A DNA stretch of 61,824 bases, filler included, from Desulfonatronovibrionaceae bacterium (GCA_046539845.1; 4 parts of 4 records of this genome joined end to end with filler, not necessarily neighbours in it), one strand, 5' to 3'; shown: positions 28,969 to 38,978, numbered from the whole stretch's first letter. Program-made: numbers and translations. The notes: a model not told the origin generated them from the sequence alone.

Positions 28969-29748
28969 CCGCTCCGGGCAGTTGGTAAATATCCCGTCCA
29001 CTCCCGCCTCCAGGCAGCGGCGCATATCCCCGGTCTTGTCCGCGGTATACGCGTATACCGATGGCCCCAGGCGGTGAAGAAAGCGGACCAATTCTGGACC
29101 GACCAGCTCCAGGGGGATATGGCAGGATGCGGGATATATACCGCTCCAGACCCGGGGATCTATCTCGTCCCCGGTGTCGAACAAGACCCCGATTCTGAGC
29201 CCCGGGTCCATCCTGCGCAGTATCCGGAGTACAGAGAATTCAAAGGAAGAAACCAACACCCGGTCATACATCCCGGTGCTGCGGATCGCCCCCAGCAGGG
29301 CGGAAACGATCTTTGGAGCGGATTCAGGCCCGCAATCCTTGATCTCCGCGTTGGCCAAAAGGCCGGTCTTCCGGCTGAGATCCAGGGCTTCCTTTGCGGT
29401 CAGGATTCGCTCCGGGCTTCTCTCCGCCCGGCAATCTTTTTTCCCGGCTACGGATGAGCGCGCAAAGGCGCCAAAATCCAAAAGTTGAAGCTGGTCCAAA
29501 GTCATTCGGTCCACCTCCGGGGACATATCCACAGGAAAGACGCTTCGAAAATCACTTGTCCGCAGGGTGCTCGAGTCGTGGATTACTACCAGTTCACCGT
29601 CCGAACTTAGCCGCAGGTCGAACTCCCACATGTGCGCCCCGGCTTCGGCCGCGGCCCGGCATGCGACTGCGGTATTTTCCGGGCAAAAGCGGCTCGCCCC
29701 GCGGTGAGCGATATTCAAACACCTTTGTTGCTCAAATTTGGGTTTCAT
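28927..29748 (-). CDS. Glycerophosphodiester phosphodiesterase
   Basis: IAHRG, PENT, EFD, VIHD, NAEIK, VDGIFTN. Confidence 0.9.
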   Translation of the reverse strand: MKPKFEQQRCLNIAHRGASRFCPENTAVACRAAAEAGAHMWEFDLRLSSDGELVVIHDSSTLRTSDFRSVFPVDMSPEVDRMTLDQLQLLDFGAFARSSVAGKKDCRAERSPERILTAKEALDLSRKTGLLANAEIKDCGPESAPKIVSALLGAIRSTGMYDRVLVSSFEFSVLRILRRMDPGLRIGVLFDTGDEIDPRVWSGIYPASCHIPLELVGPELVRFLHRLGPSVYAYTADKTGDMRRCLEAGVDGIFTNCPERLGSLLAGMHPELI

Positions 29749-29870
29749 TTTAAGTTAAAGGCACCTGTTGAAAGATGTATACATCCAGGCGGGACGCGCC
29801 GCTCCCGCCTGCAGAACTCTCCGGCGGCACCGCAAGTCTATTGCTTGCGAAAAGACATCAAGGAGGCCTC

Positions 29871-30599
29871 ATGAAGGAGTTGCACAAAAGTCTTGGATGG
29901 CAGTACTGGCAGAAGACCAATTTTTCCGCGGCCGGACTCGGCAGTCTTCCGGAGGTGCGGATCGAACCGGCCGAACGATTCAAAACCGACCCGGACGCAG
30001 AACAGATCCCCCTTCCGGACCTGAAAGCCAAGGGCGCAGACCTGTGGGAAACCCTGGGTAAAAGGCGTTCCGAGCGGCGCTTTACCGAAAAGGAGGCCCC
30101 TGACCTGCAGTCAGTGGCCAATCTGCTGTGGGCAGCCCAGGGAACCACCTCCTTTCGGGGGAGCATCCCGTTGCGGGCCGCGCCTTCGGCCGGGGCCCTG
30201 TATCCGGTAGAGACCTATGTTATAGCCTCCGCGGTAACTGATCTTAGCCCCGGCATATACCACCTGAACGCAAAGGAATTCTGCCTGCAGAGACAGTCCG
30301 GCCTGGACAAAGCCACTGATCTGGCCGGAATAGCCATGGGCCAGCGCTTTGTGGCCCAGGCCCCCATGCTCTTTGCCTTTACCGCGATATTCCGCAGGAA
30401 TATGCACAAATACGGCCACCGCGGACTGCGCTACATCCTTTTGGACGCAGGGCATATATGCCAGAATCTACTTCTGGCGGCAACCGGGCTGGGGTTCAAG
30501 GCCTGCCCGGTGGCCGCCTTCTTTGACGAGCCGTTAAACGAACTGCTCCGCATAGACGGAGAGGAGGAAGCAGCCCTGTATCTCACCGCAGTAGGCTGA
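29871..30599 (+). CDS. SagB/ThcOx-type nitroreductase-family FMN oxidoreductase
   Basis: RRSERRF, RAAPSAGALYPVE, KYGHRGLRY..LDAGH..QN; AGGAGG RBS before ATG 29871. Confidence 0.9.
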   Translation: MKELHKSLGWQYWQKTNFSAAGLGSLPEVRIEPAERFKTDPDAEQIPLPDLKAKGADLWETLGKRRSERRFTEKEAPDLQSVANLLWAAQGTTSFRGSIPLRAAPSAGALYPVETYVIASAVTDLSPGIYHLNAKEFCLQRQSGLDKATDLAGIAMGQRFVAQAPMLFAFTAIFRRNMHKYGHRGLRYILLDAGHICQNLLLAATGLGFKACPVAAFFDEPLNELLRIDGEEEAALYLTAVG

Positions 30600-30611
30600 A
30601 AAAACTCCGAA

Positions 30612-30974
30612 TCAGACCCCGGTCCGGTTTTCCGCGCCCATCTCCCTTTCCAGCCAGGTCCGGATCTCCGGCGTAATGGGAAACACCCCCTTGCTGCCCC
30701 CCACTTGGCGCATAAACCGGTCGGACAAATCGCCGGGCAGGCCGATCTCTAAGAGTTCCCGTGCCTCCTCGGAATTTCTGCGGATTAGATATAGCCGGGG
30801 TCTGCCTTCCCAGGTATTGACCACAAAATAGACTGAATAATCGTCTTTGGAGCGAACCGGCGGTCTTTCCCCCTTGCGCCAATTGTTCCCCCACTCCAGA
30901 TACAGAGTGACCGCCTCTTCCGGGGTCATCTCCCAGTCTATGGATAAATCGCGGTAATCTTTCAGACTGGCCAT
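30612..30974 (-). CDS. DVU0772-family protein
   Basis: IDWEMTPEEAVTLYLEWGNN, YFVVNTW, IRRNSE; AAGGAG RBS before ATG 30974. Confidence 0.8.
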   Translation of the reverse strand: MASLKDYRDLSIDWEMTPEEAVTLYLEWGNNWRKGERPPVRSKDDYSVYFVVNTWEGRPRLYLIRRNSEEARELLEIGLPGDLSDRFMRQVGGSKGVFPITPEIRTWLEREMGAENRTGV

Positions 30975-31049
30975 TTTTCTCTCCTTTATTTTGCAAACCA
31001 AAATGTCTTTTACTTCCGGCCGGCCCTTTGGTAGCGGCCTAGTTATATA

Positions 31050-31068
31050 AATAATAATTATTACTAAT
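31050..31068. promoter_or_regulatory. Putative PerR box in the DVU0772-like promoter
   Basis: AATAATAAT-T-ATTACTAAT, just 3' of minus-strand TTGACA (31071-31076); similar to the box at 27373. Confidence 0.7.
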
Positions 31069-31201
31069 ATTGTCAACAAAAATTATTACCACTCATTTGG
31101 TACAGACTGCAGCCTCCCGGCAGCATCCACCGGCCAAAAAAGCAGTTCCTGACGGTCAGGGCCGCCTTGCCAGACAGACTGCGAGTATGTATGAACAGGT
31201 C

Positions 31202-31588
31202 ATGAACCAAGACCAAGGCAAGCCGGATGTTAACTCCATTGCCAGGTGGCTATTTACCGCCCTTTTGATCTGGGCCGGGGTGCAGGTTCTGGGATATCTG
31301 AGCGATGTCTTGATCCCCTTTGTAATCGCTTTTCTCCTGGCCTACCTCATAAACCCCATTGTCTCTTGGGCCCAGAAGAGGCTTAAAAACAGGACACTGG
31401 CCGTACTCTCCACCCTGATTGTCCTGGGCGGGACGGGGACTTTTGTTTTGTATTTGATTGTCCCGACCATAATCCAGGAACTCAATCATATAACCGCGCT
31501 GTTGGCCAAACTTGTCCAGGACACAGATTTCCAGGCCAGGGCCCGGCAGCAAATCCCGGACGAACTCTGGCTCGACTTTAAGGTTTAA
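31202..31588 (+). pseudogene. Truncated AI-2E (PerM) family transporter, N-terminal third
   Basis: LIPFVIAFLLAYLINPIV...P.IIQE pattern; stops after 128 aa, 36 bp before contig end. Confidence 0.65.
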
Positions 31589-31624
31589 GGAGCCATAATT
31601 AGCACATTAACAATAATTTCGGAA

Positions 31625-31724
31625 NNNNNNNNNNNNNNNNNNNNNNNNNNNNNNNNNNNNNNNNNNNNTTAATTAATTAANNNNNNNNNNNNNNNNNNNN
31701 NNNNNNNNNNNNNNNNNNNNNNNN
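31625..31724. other. Artificial contig spacer
   Basis: 44 N + TTAATTAATTAA + 44 N. Confidence 0.99.
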
Positions 31725-31786
31725 GCGACATGCCATACTCCTAATTTGGTGTCCAAACTAATTGTAACCCGGGCCAGGCGGTATTA
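31725..31786 (-). mobile_element. Possible IS (IS3-like) left end at contig edge
   Basis: Minus strand CCGCCTGGCCCGGGTTACAATTAGTTTGGACACCAAATTAGGAGTATGGCATG: GGACAC box, then RBS and ATG at the break. Confidence 0.4.
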
Positions 31787-32682
31787 ATTATCGTGCTTCC
31801 ACTACCGGCAAAGTGCTTGTTACTTACAAAACCATTTTCATCTGCATAGCTTCCCCATCTTTTTAGCGTGCTTTCGCTGGCGGGAAAATCTGATTTGTCT
31901 GGGTGAATTTGATGCCCTTCACCTTTGGTATAAAAATAGATCGAATCGTGGTCTCTTCCGAAAGAATTAAGCGATGCACGCAGGGATGTTTTGTAGCACC
32001 AAATAATTTCATTTCGGAGATTTCCAACTCCAAATACTTCATCTAGAACGCCTCGGATAAATTGTGTCACCCGCCAATCACAATGCACATAAATGCTCCC
32101 ATCCTCGGCCAGCAGATCCCGCATAAGAATCAATCGTTCGTAGATCATGCTAATGAACGAATCCGTGCCCTTGCCCCAGGTATCGCGGTAGGCGATTTCT
32201 TCCAGGATATTGGGCTTTTTGGTAAAGGTGTCGCCGCCGACCTCGATATCCATGGAGAAATCCGCGCCCACATCAAAAGGCGGATCAATGTAGATCAGCT
32301 TCAGTCCGCCCTGGGCCTCAATCTCTTCCCGCAGCGGCCCGTTCTTGAGCGATGACAGAATCAGCTTGTTGTCACCCCAGATGAGCTTGTTCGCCCAGCC
32401 CTGGAGTTGGCGGCCTCGTGTGTCCACCTTAAAATAATCCAGAAAACTCAGCTGCTTGTGCTTTGTTTTGCTTTCCGGCTTTTCCATCCTCGGTTCATCA
32501 ACCTGCTCAATGGTCTGAAACGGCAGCACGATATTGCAGACTTCATTGGTCTTGCCGTTCCAAACCAGTTCGACCTCCCGCTTGTCCTCGAAAAGCAAAA
32601 AACGGTACTTTTCCGGCAATTCCTTATCCGCTTCCAGATAGCGGATGATCTCCTGTTTTTCCTGGTCGGTCAGTCTCAGCAT
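31741..32682 (-). pseudogene. Site-specific DNA methyltransferase (type III Mod-like, beta class), C-terminally truncated
   Basis: NKLIWGDN, LIYIDPPF, AYRDTWG, GSIYVHCD, NEIIW; no canonical downstream DxFxGSGTT SAM motif before the stop. Confidence 0.8.
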
Positions 32683-32949
32683 ATAATTTCCTTACCTTTA
32701 TTCGTGACGCCATTCCCTAAAGAATTTGAAACAATGGGAAGCTACGCTAAAACGAAATTAAGTCGCTAAGCGACGTCTAACAATTAGTTATTGTTTCCAG
32801 ATAGATGTTCAAAAAATACTTGATCTGGACAAATCCAGGCTTATACTTGAAACGAAATTTGAGCTGATATTCTTTTTTGAAAAAAATCTAAGAATCAAAC
32901 AGAAAGTCTCTACCCGATTCATGCAAAAATTTAAAGGGACAAGATCCTG

Positions 32950-33869
32950 ATGCTCAAAACTCTTCTCCTGCTCTTGCTGATCACCCTTTCCGAAGCCACC
33001 ATCGGAGTTTTTGTAAAGCTTACCAACGGGCTTATCCCCATTCACACGCTCAACTTCTACGACCTGACCCTGGCCGCTATTTTTTTGATGCTGGCCATGC
33101 CTCTGGCCAACAGGCAAAGCCTTGGATTCCCCCGGGACAACATAAAGGATACCGTGATAATCGGCCTGCTCATCCCGCGCAGATAAGCGTCTTCAATCTG
33201 GCCATGACCCTGGCCCCGATTGCAAACGTGGTCATATTCTGGAGCGTGGCCCCCTTTTTCACCTTCATATTCTCGGCCATTTTCCTCGGGGAAAAGGCCC
33301 GCAAAAAATATATCCTCATCTTCGCCCTGGCCCTGACCGGTATCGTTGTGGCCAAACCGCTCAGTGGGGGCTATATGCTCGGGAACATCATCGCTCTCGG
33401 CGACGCGGCTGTATATGCCGTCATGGTCACCTATATGCGTTATGAAGGCAAAACCGAAGCCGGGAACGACATCGCCTGGTCCATGCTCACGGCCGCCATT
33501 CTCCTCTCCCCCGCCATTTTGATTTTCGGCCCGGGCAAGATTACGGCAATGCTTTCCTATCCCGCCCTGGGAACCAGGCTACCGGTCATGCTTTGGGCGG
33601 CCGGATTAGGCTTGGTATCCACGGGATTTTCCTATTTCGGCATCTCCATAGTCCTGAAAAAACTCCGGGCCAATCTCTACGCGCTCGTGGACATAATCGT
33701 CTCCCCTGTCGTGGCCGCGTTTCTGGGCTACCTAATATTCGGGGAAATACCATCTGAAAACATACTCTACGGTGGTGGGCTGCTCCTAGGAGCAGGATTC
33801 TGGCTTAGCCGGGAGATGTCCCGGCATCCGAAGCCCGGCAAAGTCCATACCAGAGCAGAAAGGAAATAA
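32950..33869 (+). pseudogene. DMT/EamA transporter with a 1-bp frameshift near 33174
   Basis: Two hydrophobic ORFs join as GLLI-AAQISVFNLAMTLAP if one base is restored after ATC 33172-33174; EamA motifs FLGEK, IFGE. Confidence 0.8.
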
Positions 33870-33884
33870 AACGCGCCCTTCCGC

Positions 33885-35285
33885 TCAGTCCGGCTGCAAG
33901 ATAGCCAGAAAATCCTCCACCTGGTTCAGGGAGCGGTGGATATACCCGGGATCAAAATCATGGTTCTGCCAGTAAAGCTGCAGATATCCACGCAAGGGGC
34001 GGAAAATCGGCGGGCAGGTCTTCCAGAAGTCCATATCCGGGATATTTCTCTTGGCAATCAGGGAATTCATCTGGGAGAGGAGCCTTTTAACCTCCCGTTC
34101 CAGAACCGCGTGCACCCGGGGGAAGGTGTTTCTCAAGCCTGCCTGGGCCTGTAACACCCCCTTTTTTCCACTGACCCCGAACCAGTACATCCAGTATGCC
34201 TGCCAGAAAGCGGACAGGGTTTCTCCCGCCCGCTGCCGGCTGTTTTCCCGCCCCGCCGGAAGAAGCGCATACAATCCCTGACTGCGTCCGGTGCGTAATA
34301 ACTGCACTCCGGCTGAGTCCGGGGGTATTTTATCCCCCTTTATCCAGGCCCGGGCCAGTCCGGCCACACGAACCGGGTCCGGGTCATCGCGGCAGAACGG
34401 ATACTTGAACCGGCACTCCCAGCAGCGCCGACAGCTGCGGCTGCTCCCCAGGACCAGATGCCCGGGCTGATACGGGCCGGTCTCCCAGGGGTGCACCGGA
34501 CCAAAGGAAAGATTCAGGACCCGCAGGCCGGACCAGGCGGCGAGATGCATGGGGCCGGTATCCGGGGTGATCAAAAGCTGCAAAGCCTGGCCCATATACA
34601 CTAATTGGGAAAGATCGGTACGGCCAGTAAAATCGGCCAGAGAAAGGCCCAGCCCGGACTTTATCCTCCCGGCAAGTTCCTTTTCCCCGGGTCCGCCGAA
34701 TATAACCGGCTTAAGCCCCCGCCGGATAAGGCTTTTCAAGAGCGAAACCCAGAACTCGACCCCGGGCCGCTTATCCCTCTGGCTGGCCCCGATAAACACC
34801 CCTACGGAATTATTATCCGCGGTGAGCCGTCTGGGAGGAGACCACCGCGTCTCGGCCAGCTTGGCCGGGGGTACCGCGTCCAGGGCGTTCATATCCGCCC
34901 AATGGAAACGGTTGAAACGGTTGTTGTGCACCAGCGAGGCCCGGTACAGCTGCCAGTCCCCGTTTATCCGCAATGCCCCGTGCCCATCCCGGAAAGACCC
35001 GACGACTTCCTCGCAGTCCAGCTGTCCGGCCAGCCAGGCTGCTTCCTCGCGGTGGCTAAGGTTTATGACCAGGCTGAACCTCTTGTCCATGACATGCCGA
35101 TAGCCGGTCCAGGGGATGTAAGTCACCTGCGGGGAGATGCCCATAAGCTGAGAATAAAAATCCTTCTCCGCCACGGTCCAGATGGGGGTCTTTGGATAAA
35201 GACGCTTAAGCCACAAAAAAAGGGGGAAGGAAAGGATGAGATCGCCCATCCTCTGCATCTGGAGAACAAGGATGGGCTTAGGCAT
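33885..35285 (-). CDS. Glycosyltransferase family 9 (heptosyltransferase-like)
   Basis: RMGDL, GAS..K, TPDTGPMHLAA, ETGPY. Confidence 0.88.
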   Translation of the reverse strand: MPKPILVLQMQRMGDLILSFPLFLWLKRLYPKTPIWTVAEKDFYSQLMGISPQVTYIPWTGYRHVMDKRFSLVINLSHREEAAWLAGQLDCEEVVGSFRDGHGALRINGDWQLYRASLVHNNRFNRFHWADMNALDAVPPAKLAETRWSPPRRLTADNNSVGVFIGASQRDKRPGVEFWVSLLKSLIRRGLKPVIFGGPGEKELAGRIKSGLGLSLADFTGRTDLSQLVYMGQALQLLITPDTGPMHLAAWSGLRVLNLSFGPVHPWETGPYQPGHLVLGSSRSCRRCWECRFKYPFCRDDPDPVRVAGLARAWIKGDKIPPDSAGVQLLRTGRSQGLYALLPAGRENSRQRAGETLSAFWQAYWMYWFGVSGKKGVLQAQAGLRNTFPRVHAVLEREVKRLLSQMNSLIAKRNIPDMDFWKTCPPIFRPLRGYLQLYWQNHDFDPGYIHRSLNQVEDFLAILQPD

Positions 35286-36969
35286 AAAGCTGTTGCATGG
35301 TCTGCATCAGTTTCTGCAGGCGGATTTCATAGGTATGTTCGGAAAGGATGCGCCTCCGGGCGGCCCGGACGATTTTTTCTCTTTTCTCCGGGTGATTCAA
35401 ATAATAGCGGACCAAGTCTGGGATCTCCTCCGGATCGACAAAACAGACCGCTTCCCGGTCCAGATCAAAGAGCTCCTCCATCTGGCGACGGTAGTCGGTT
35501 AAGAGAAAGGATCCGGACACAGGCACGTCAAACACTCTCTGGTTCACCGCGCCCTTCATCTGTGCGCTGGTGCAATTGAAATTGATCCGGTTTTGCGGGT
35601 AGAAAAAGGGCAGTTCAGTATAATAATTGAGTTCGCTTTGCCATGTCCAGCAATCCGTGTCCGGCAATATCTCCAACCAGCCGTTGTCTCCGGCTATAAC
35701 CGGATGGAAATCCAGAAGGTAGCGAACGCATCCGGCCCGGTAAACCCGGGTGGCCTCCCAGGTGACCATGGTCTCATAGCGCAGGCGGTCCTCGACATCG
35801 GCTATGGCTTTAAAATCCGCCCACAATTCCGGAAAATTATCCTTCAGGCATTTTCCCACGGACAATTCATCGGAACTGTTGAACTTCCCGGCCACGCGGG
35901 AATAGGTTTCCTTAAGAGACGGGGTTAATACACTGTCCCTGAATTTGCTCCTGACCTTGTGCACCATGGAGTTCCCCACAAAAGCCAGGTCGTTTTCAGG
36001 ATTAATGCGGCCGTTCATGGAGGCGAACCGCTGTGAGTCCGTGGCCAGGGGCAAAAAGGTCAGGTTCTCAAACCCCCGGTCGCGGAGCGTGGGCAGGTTG
36101 TCCCGGTCCCAGGTGAAAATCGAGGTCCAGGGGCTGTTTAAGTTTTCATAAAGGTACAGAATAAGGTGCGGGTTATCCACGAACCAGGAAGCAAGGGGCA
36201 GGCGCATTTTTTCCAAAAGATCCAAAAGCACCCCTTCCTTGTCCACCCCCAGATGGTTTATGGTCAAGACAAAATCCGGTTTGAATTCCAAAACCGCCTG
36301 CAAAAGACCCTGCACGTACTCCTGTCTGCCCAACTCCTGGTCCGGGAGGTGCAAAAAATGGTGCGGCACCCCCATACGGGTACACGCGGCCTGCATCTCA
36401 CCCATTAAAAAATACTGGCTGGTGACCAAAAGAATCCGCGGCAGATCCTCCTTGAAACGGGGGTATCTGGTTTTGGCCCAGAAATCGAATCTGTGTCCGG
36501 CCCGAAGCGCGTTATACACAAACCGGTAGTACTCCGGGTCCAGGCGCATATATGCCGGCAGGTGCACCGCCCGCAGCTGCCGGGCTTGGTTCTCCATCTG
36601 CCAGCGGGTCAAAAGATTTACAGCCGCCCGGGCATCTTTTTCCCCTATCCAGAAAAATTCTCCGCATTCCAGCTCTGACCCGGCCCCGGAAACCCCGGCC
36701 AGGTAAACCTCCTTGTCCACCACTGCAACCAGCCCGTTCCAAGTATGGCGCACCCGGCGCAGATACTCTCCGGTCCCGGCCCCGACCAACACCAACAGAC
36801 AATCAGGAGATTCACGCCTTATCCCTTCTAGCTCTTTCTCCAGCCGTTTGCTGCCGTACGGCCCGACAAGGTCAAAACTCTGCTCGCCAGTGCGTATGCG
36901 GACATCGATTACCTCCCCGTTCTCTGCCCGCTTCTCCCGGAGTTCGTATTTCCTGCTCTCGCCTAGCAC
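35278..36969 (-). CDS. CgeB-family glycosyltransferase-like protein
   Basis: SWFVDNP, FLPLATD, FVGNS, VNQRVFD, LLTD, HTYE.R. Confidence 0.82.
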   Translation of the reverse strand: MLGESRKYELREKRAENGEVIDVRIRTGEQSFDLVGPYGSKRLEKELEGIRRESPDCLLVLVGAGTGEYLRRVRHTWNGLVAVVDKEVYLAGVSGAGSELECGEFFWIGEKDARAAVNLLTRWQMENQARQLRAVHLPAYMRLDPEYYRFVYNALRAGHRFDFWAKTRYPRFKEDLPRILLVTSQYFLMGEMQAACTRMGVPHHFLHLPDQELGRQEYVQGLLQAVLEFKPDFVLTINHLGVDKEGVLLDLLEKMRLPLASWFVDNPHLILYLYENLNSPWTSIFTWDRDNLPTLRDRGFENLTFLPLATDSQRFASMNGRINPENDLAFVGNSMVHKVRSKFRDSVLTPSLKETYSRVAGKFNSSDELSVGKCLKDNFPELWADFKAIADVEDRLRYETMVTWEATRVYRAGCVRYLLDFHPVIAGDNGWLEILPDTDCWTWQSELNYYTELPFFYPQNRINFNCTSAQMKGAVNQRVFDVPVSGSFLLTDYRRQMEELFDLDREAVCFVDPEEIPDLVRYYLNHPEKREKIVRAARRRILSEHTYEIRLQKLMQTMQQLYA

Positions 36970-37021
36970 TCACTCTCCTCCGCATGTATCTGTTCGACCC
37001 TGGTGGTTTAATTTCAGCCGC

Positions 37022-37366
37022 TCAAAAACCATTGACAGCTCCCGGCAGCTCCTCTTCGCTGCGCAACATACTGAAAAAATTAAACAGATTAACGAGCTTC
37101 AAAGTCTTTACCACTGGCGTGGACGGATTATACAGATAAAAACCCCGGTCGGCTTGTTTGGTCCGGTTGCTGGCAGCCACCAGCAAGCCGATCCCGGAGC
37201 TGTCCATAAACTCTACCCCGGAGAGCTCAACAATCAAAACCTCCCAATCTTCCAGCATCAAAGCGGACAGCTCGTCTTTTAACCTCGCGGTGAGTCCCAG
37301 AGTGAGCTCACCGGCCAGGGAGACAAAAACCGCCTAGCCCTGCTGTCTTATGTGCAGATCATCCAT
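37022..37366 (-). pseudogene. STAS anti-sigma-factor antagonist with in-frame TAG at codon 11
   Basis: GAGGAGG RBS, MDDLHIRQQG*AVFVSLAGEL...VEFMDSSGIGLL; TAG at 37334-37336. Confidence 0.82.
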
Positions 37367-38119
37367 GCGCCCTCCTCAATATATTTGCGGATCACCACCG
37401 TATTCTTGCCCTGGCCGCGGTAATATTCAAGCTCGTCTGCTATGCTGCGCATTATGCCTATCCCCCGGCCGGAATCCGCATACGGGGAAACATCCTTTTC
37501 CGGGATCTCAAACCCCGGCCCCGTGTCCGGAGACATCAGCCACCACGAAACGAAGCACGTTTTCCTTTATCCGGAAAAGATCAAAGTAGTCCCCGCTGGC
37601 CCGCCCGGAAGGTATGTACAGGGTCTGAATATCCAGGCCGGGCAGCTGGGGGGTGTCATCCGGCAAAAGGCGGGCCTGCAGGGAAGATATGAGATCCAAC
37701 TCAGCGTTGAGTCTGGAGTAGGTATCCCGGAAGCGGTGCAAAAGGGCAAGCTGCCTTTCGCCCACCCTTAGCCTAGCCAAAAGCTCCTCCCGGACCAGTG
37801 GTTTTTCCACGTAATCATTGGCGCCCAGATTCAAGGACTCGACCATGGTCTTCCTGGAGCCGGCAGCGGTGGCAACCAGGATATACACATCACTGTCATT
37901 GGCGTTTTTCCGCAGATAGGAAATCACTTCCAGGCCATGCATCCTGGGCATGACCAGATCCAAAAGGATAATATCCGGGGGGTGGGCTCTGTATTTCTCT
38001 ATGGCCTCCTCACCATTGGCCGCGAAATCCAAATCCATCTTCCCCTGGAGCATCTTCTGCACACAGATGCGGTTTATCTCCTCGTCATCAACAACAAGCA
38101 CCTTAGTCCTGTCGGACAT
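37348..38119 (-). pseudogene. REC-SpoIIE/PP2C-HATPase fusion gene with internal deletion and frameshift
   Basis: REC (VVDDE, LLDLVMP, KP), PP2C start (ASGDYFD, ADVSGHG), then in another frame an RsbW-type kinase end (DTGPGF, SGRGIGIM, N...RK). Confidence 0.82.
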
Positions 38120-38132
38120 AGTCCCGCCCGGG

Positions 38133-38591
38133 TTAAAATTCGGCCGAGTCCAGGATAATGGTCACCGGACCCCAGTTCACCAGCCTGACATCCATTTCCG
38201 CTCCAAAGACCCCGGTCTGCGGTGTGCAGCCCATAGCCGCCACCTCGGAGACGAACGCCTCAAACAGCCCCTTTGCGGCCTCCGGAGGCAGGGCCCGGGA
38301 AAAACCCGGCCGTTTGCCCTTGCGGCAATCCGCGTACAGCGTGAATTGCGGGACCAGAATAAGCCTTCCGCCGAAATCAAGGAGGCTTAAGTTCAGTTTT
38401 CCGCTTTGATCCGGGAAGATGCGCAACATAATGACCTTGGCGGCCAGCTTTTTCCAAACATCACCTGCGGGGAGTTCCGTATCCCCGACCGCAAATCCAA
38501 CCAGACCGAGCAGCCCCCGGCCGATGCCGGCCCTCTCCTGACCGCCAATATCCACGGCCGCTTCCTTTACCCTCTGCAACAAAATCCGCAT
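38133..38591 (-). CDS. dtd: D-aminoacyl-tRNA deacylase
   Basis: LQRV, LRIFPD, QFTL, KGKRPGF, FGAEM, N.GPVT. Confidence 0.95.
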   Translation of the reverse strand: MRILLQRVKEAAVDIGGQERAGIGRGLLGLVGFAVGDTELPAGDVWKKLAAKVIMLRIFPDQSGKLNLSLLDFGGRLILVPQFTLYADCRKGKRPGFSRALPPEAAKGLFEAFVSEVAAMGCTPQTGVFGAEMDVRLVNWGPVTIILDSAEF

Positions 38592-38978
38592 TCACTCCTC
38601 CGTATAATAGGCCCGGGAGCCATCTTTTTCCGCGACCATGACCCAGTCCAGACGGACGCCTTCCCCGTCCAGGCCGGACCTGAGGCCGCGATAGATGTAA
38701 GCGGCGATGTTCTCGGAAGAGGGGTTGACCGTTTCAAAGCAGGAAAGCTGGTTTAAAAACCTGTGATCCAGGCCGGAAAGGACACTTCGGAGCTGTGCCT
38801 TGAGCTCCTTGAAGTCGATCAAGATCCCGGTCCGGGCCTGCAGCCTGCCCCCACTTACCTGGATGTTCACCCGGAAATTGTGCCCGTGCAGGCGTTCGCA
38901 TCTGCCGCCGTAGTTACGCAGCTGATGCGCCGCGCCGAACTCATCCTCCACCTGCAAAAACCATTTGCCTTCGCTCAC
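38592..38978 (-). CDS. queD: 6-carboxy-5,6,7,8-tetrahydropterin synthase
   Basis: F.AAH, CERLHGHNF, IDF, LDH..LN, NPSSENIA. Confidence 0.93.
   Translation of the reverse strand: MSEGKWFLQVEDEFGAAHQLRNYGGRCERLHGHNFRVNIQVSGGRLQARTGILIDFKELKAQLRSVLSGLDHRFLNQLSCFETVNPSSENIAAYIYRGLRSGLDGEGVRLDWVMVAEKDGSRAYYTEE

Noticed and set aside
29871..30599. SagB-like gene as a marker of an azole RiPP cluster
   Set aside because: No YcaO, precursor or transporter nearby; stand-alone members are common in anaerobes
37334..37336. Genome-wide amber recoding
   Set aside because: TAG ends several clearly complete genes here (all three rubredoxins, dfx, perR) and no pyl genes are in the window
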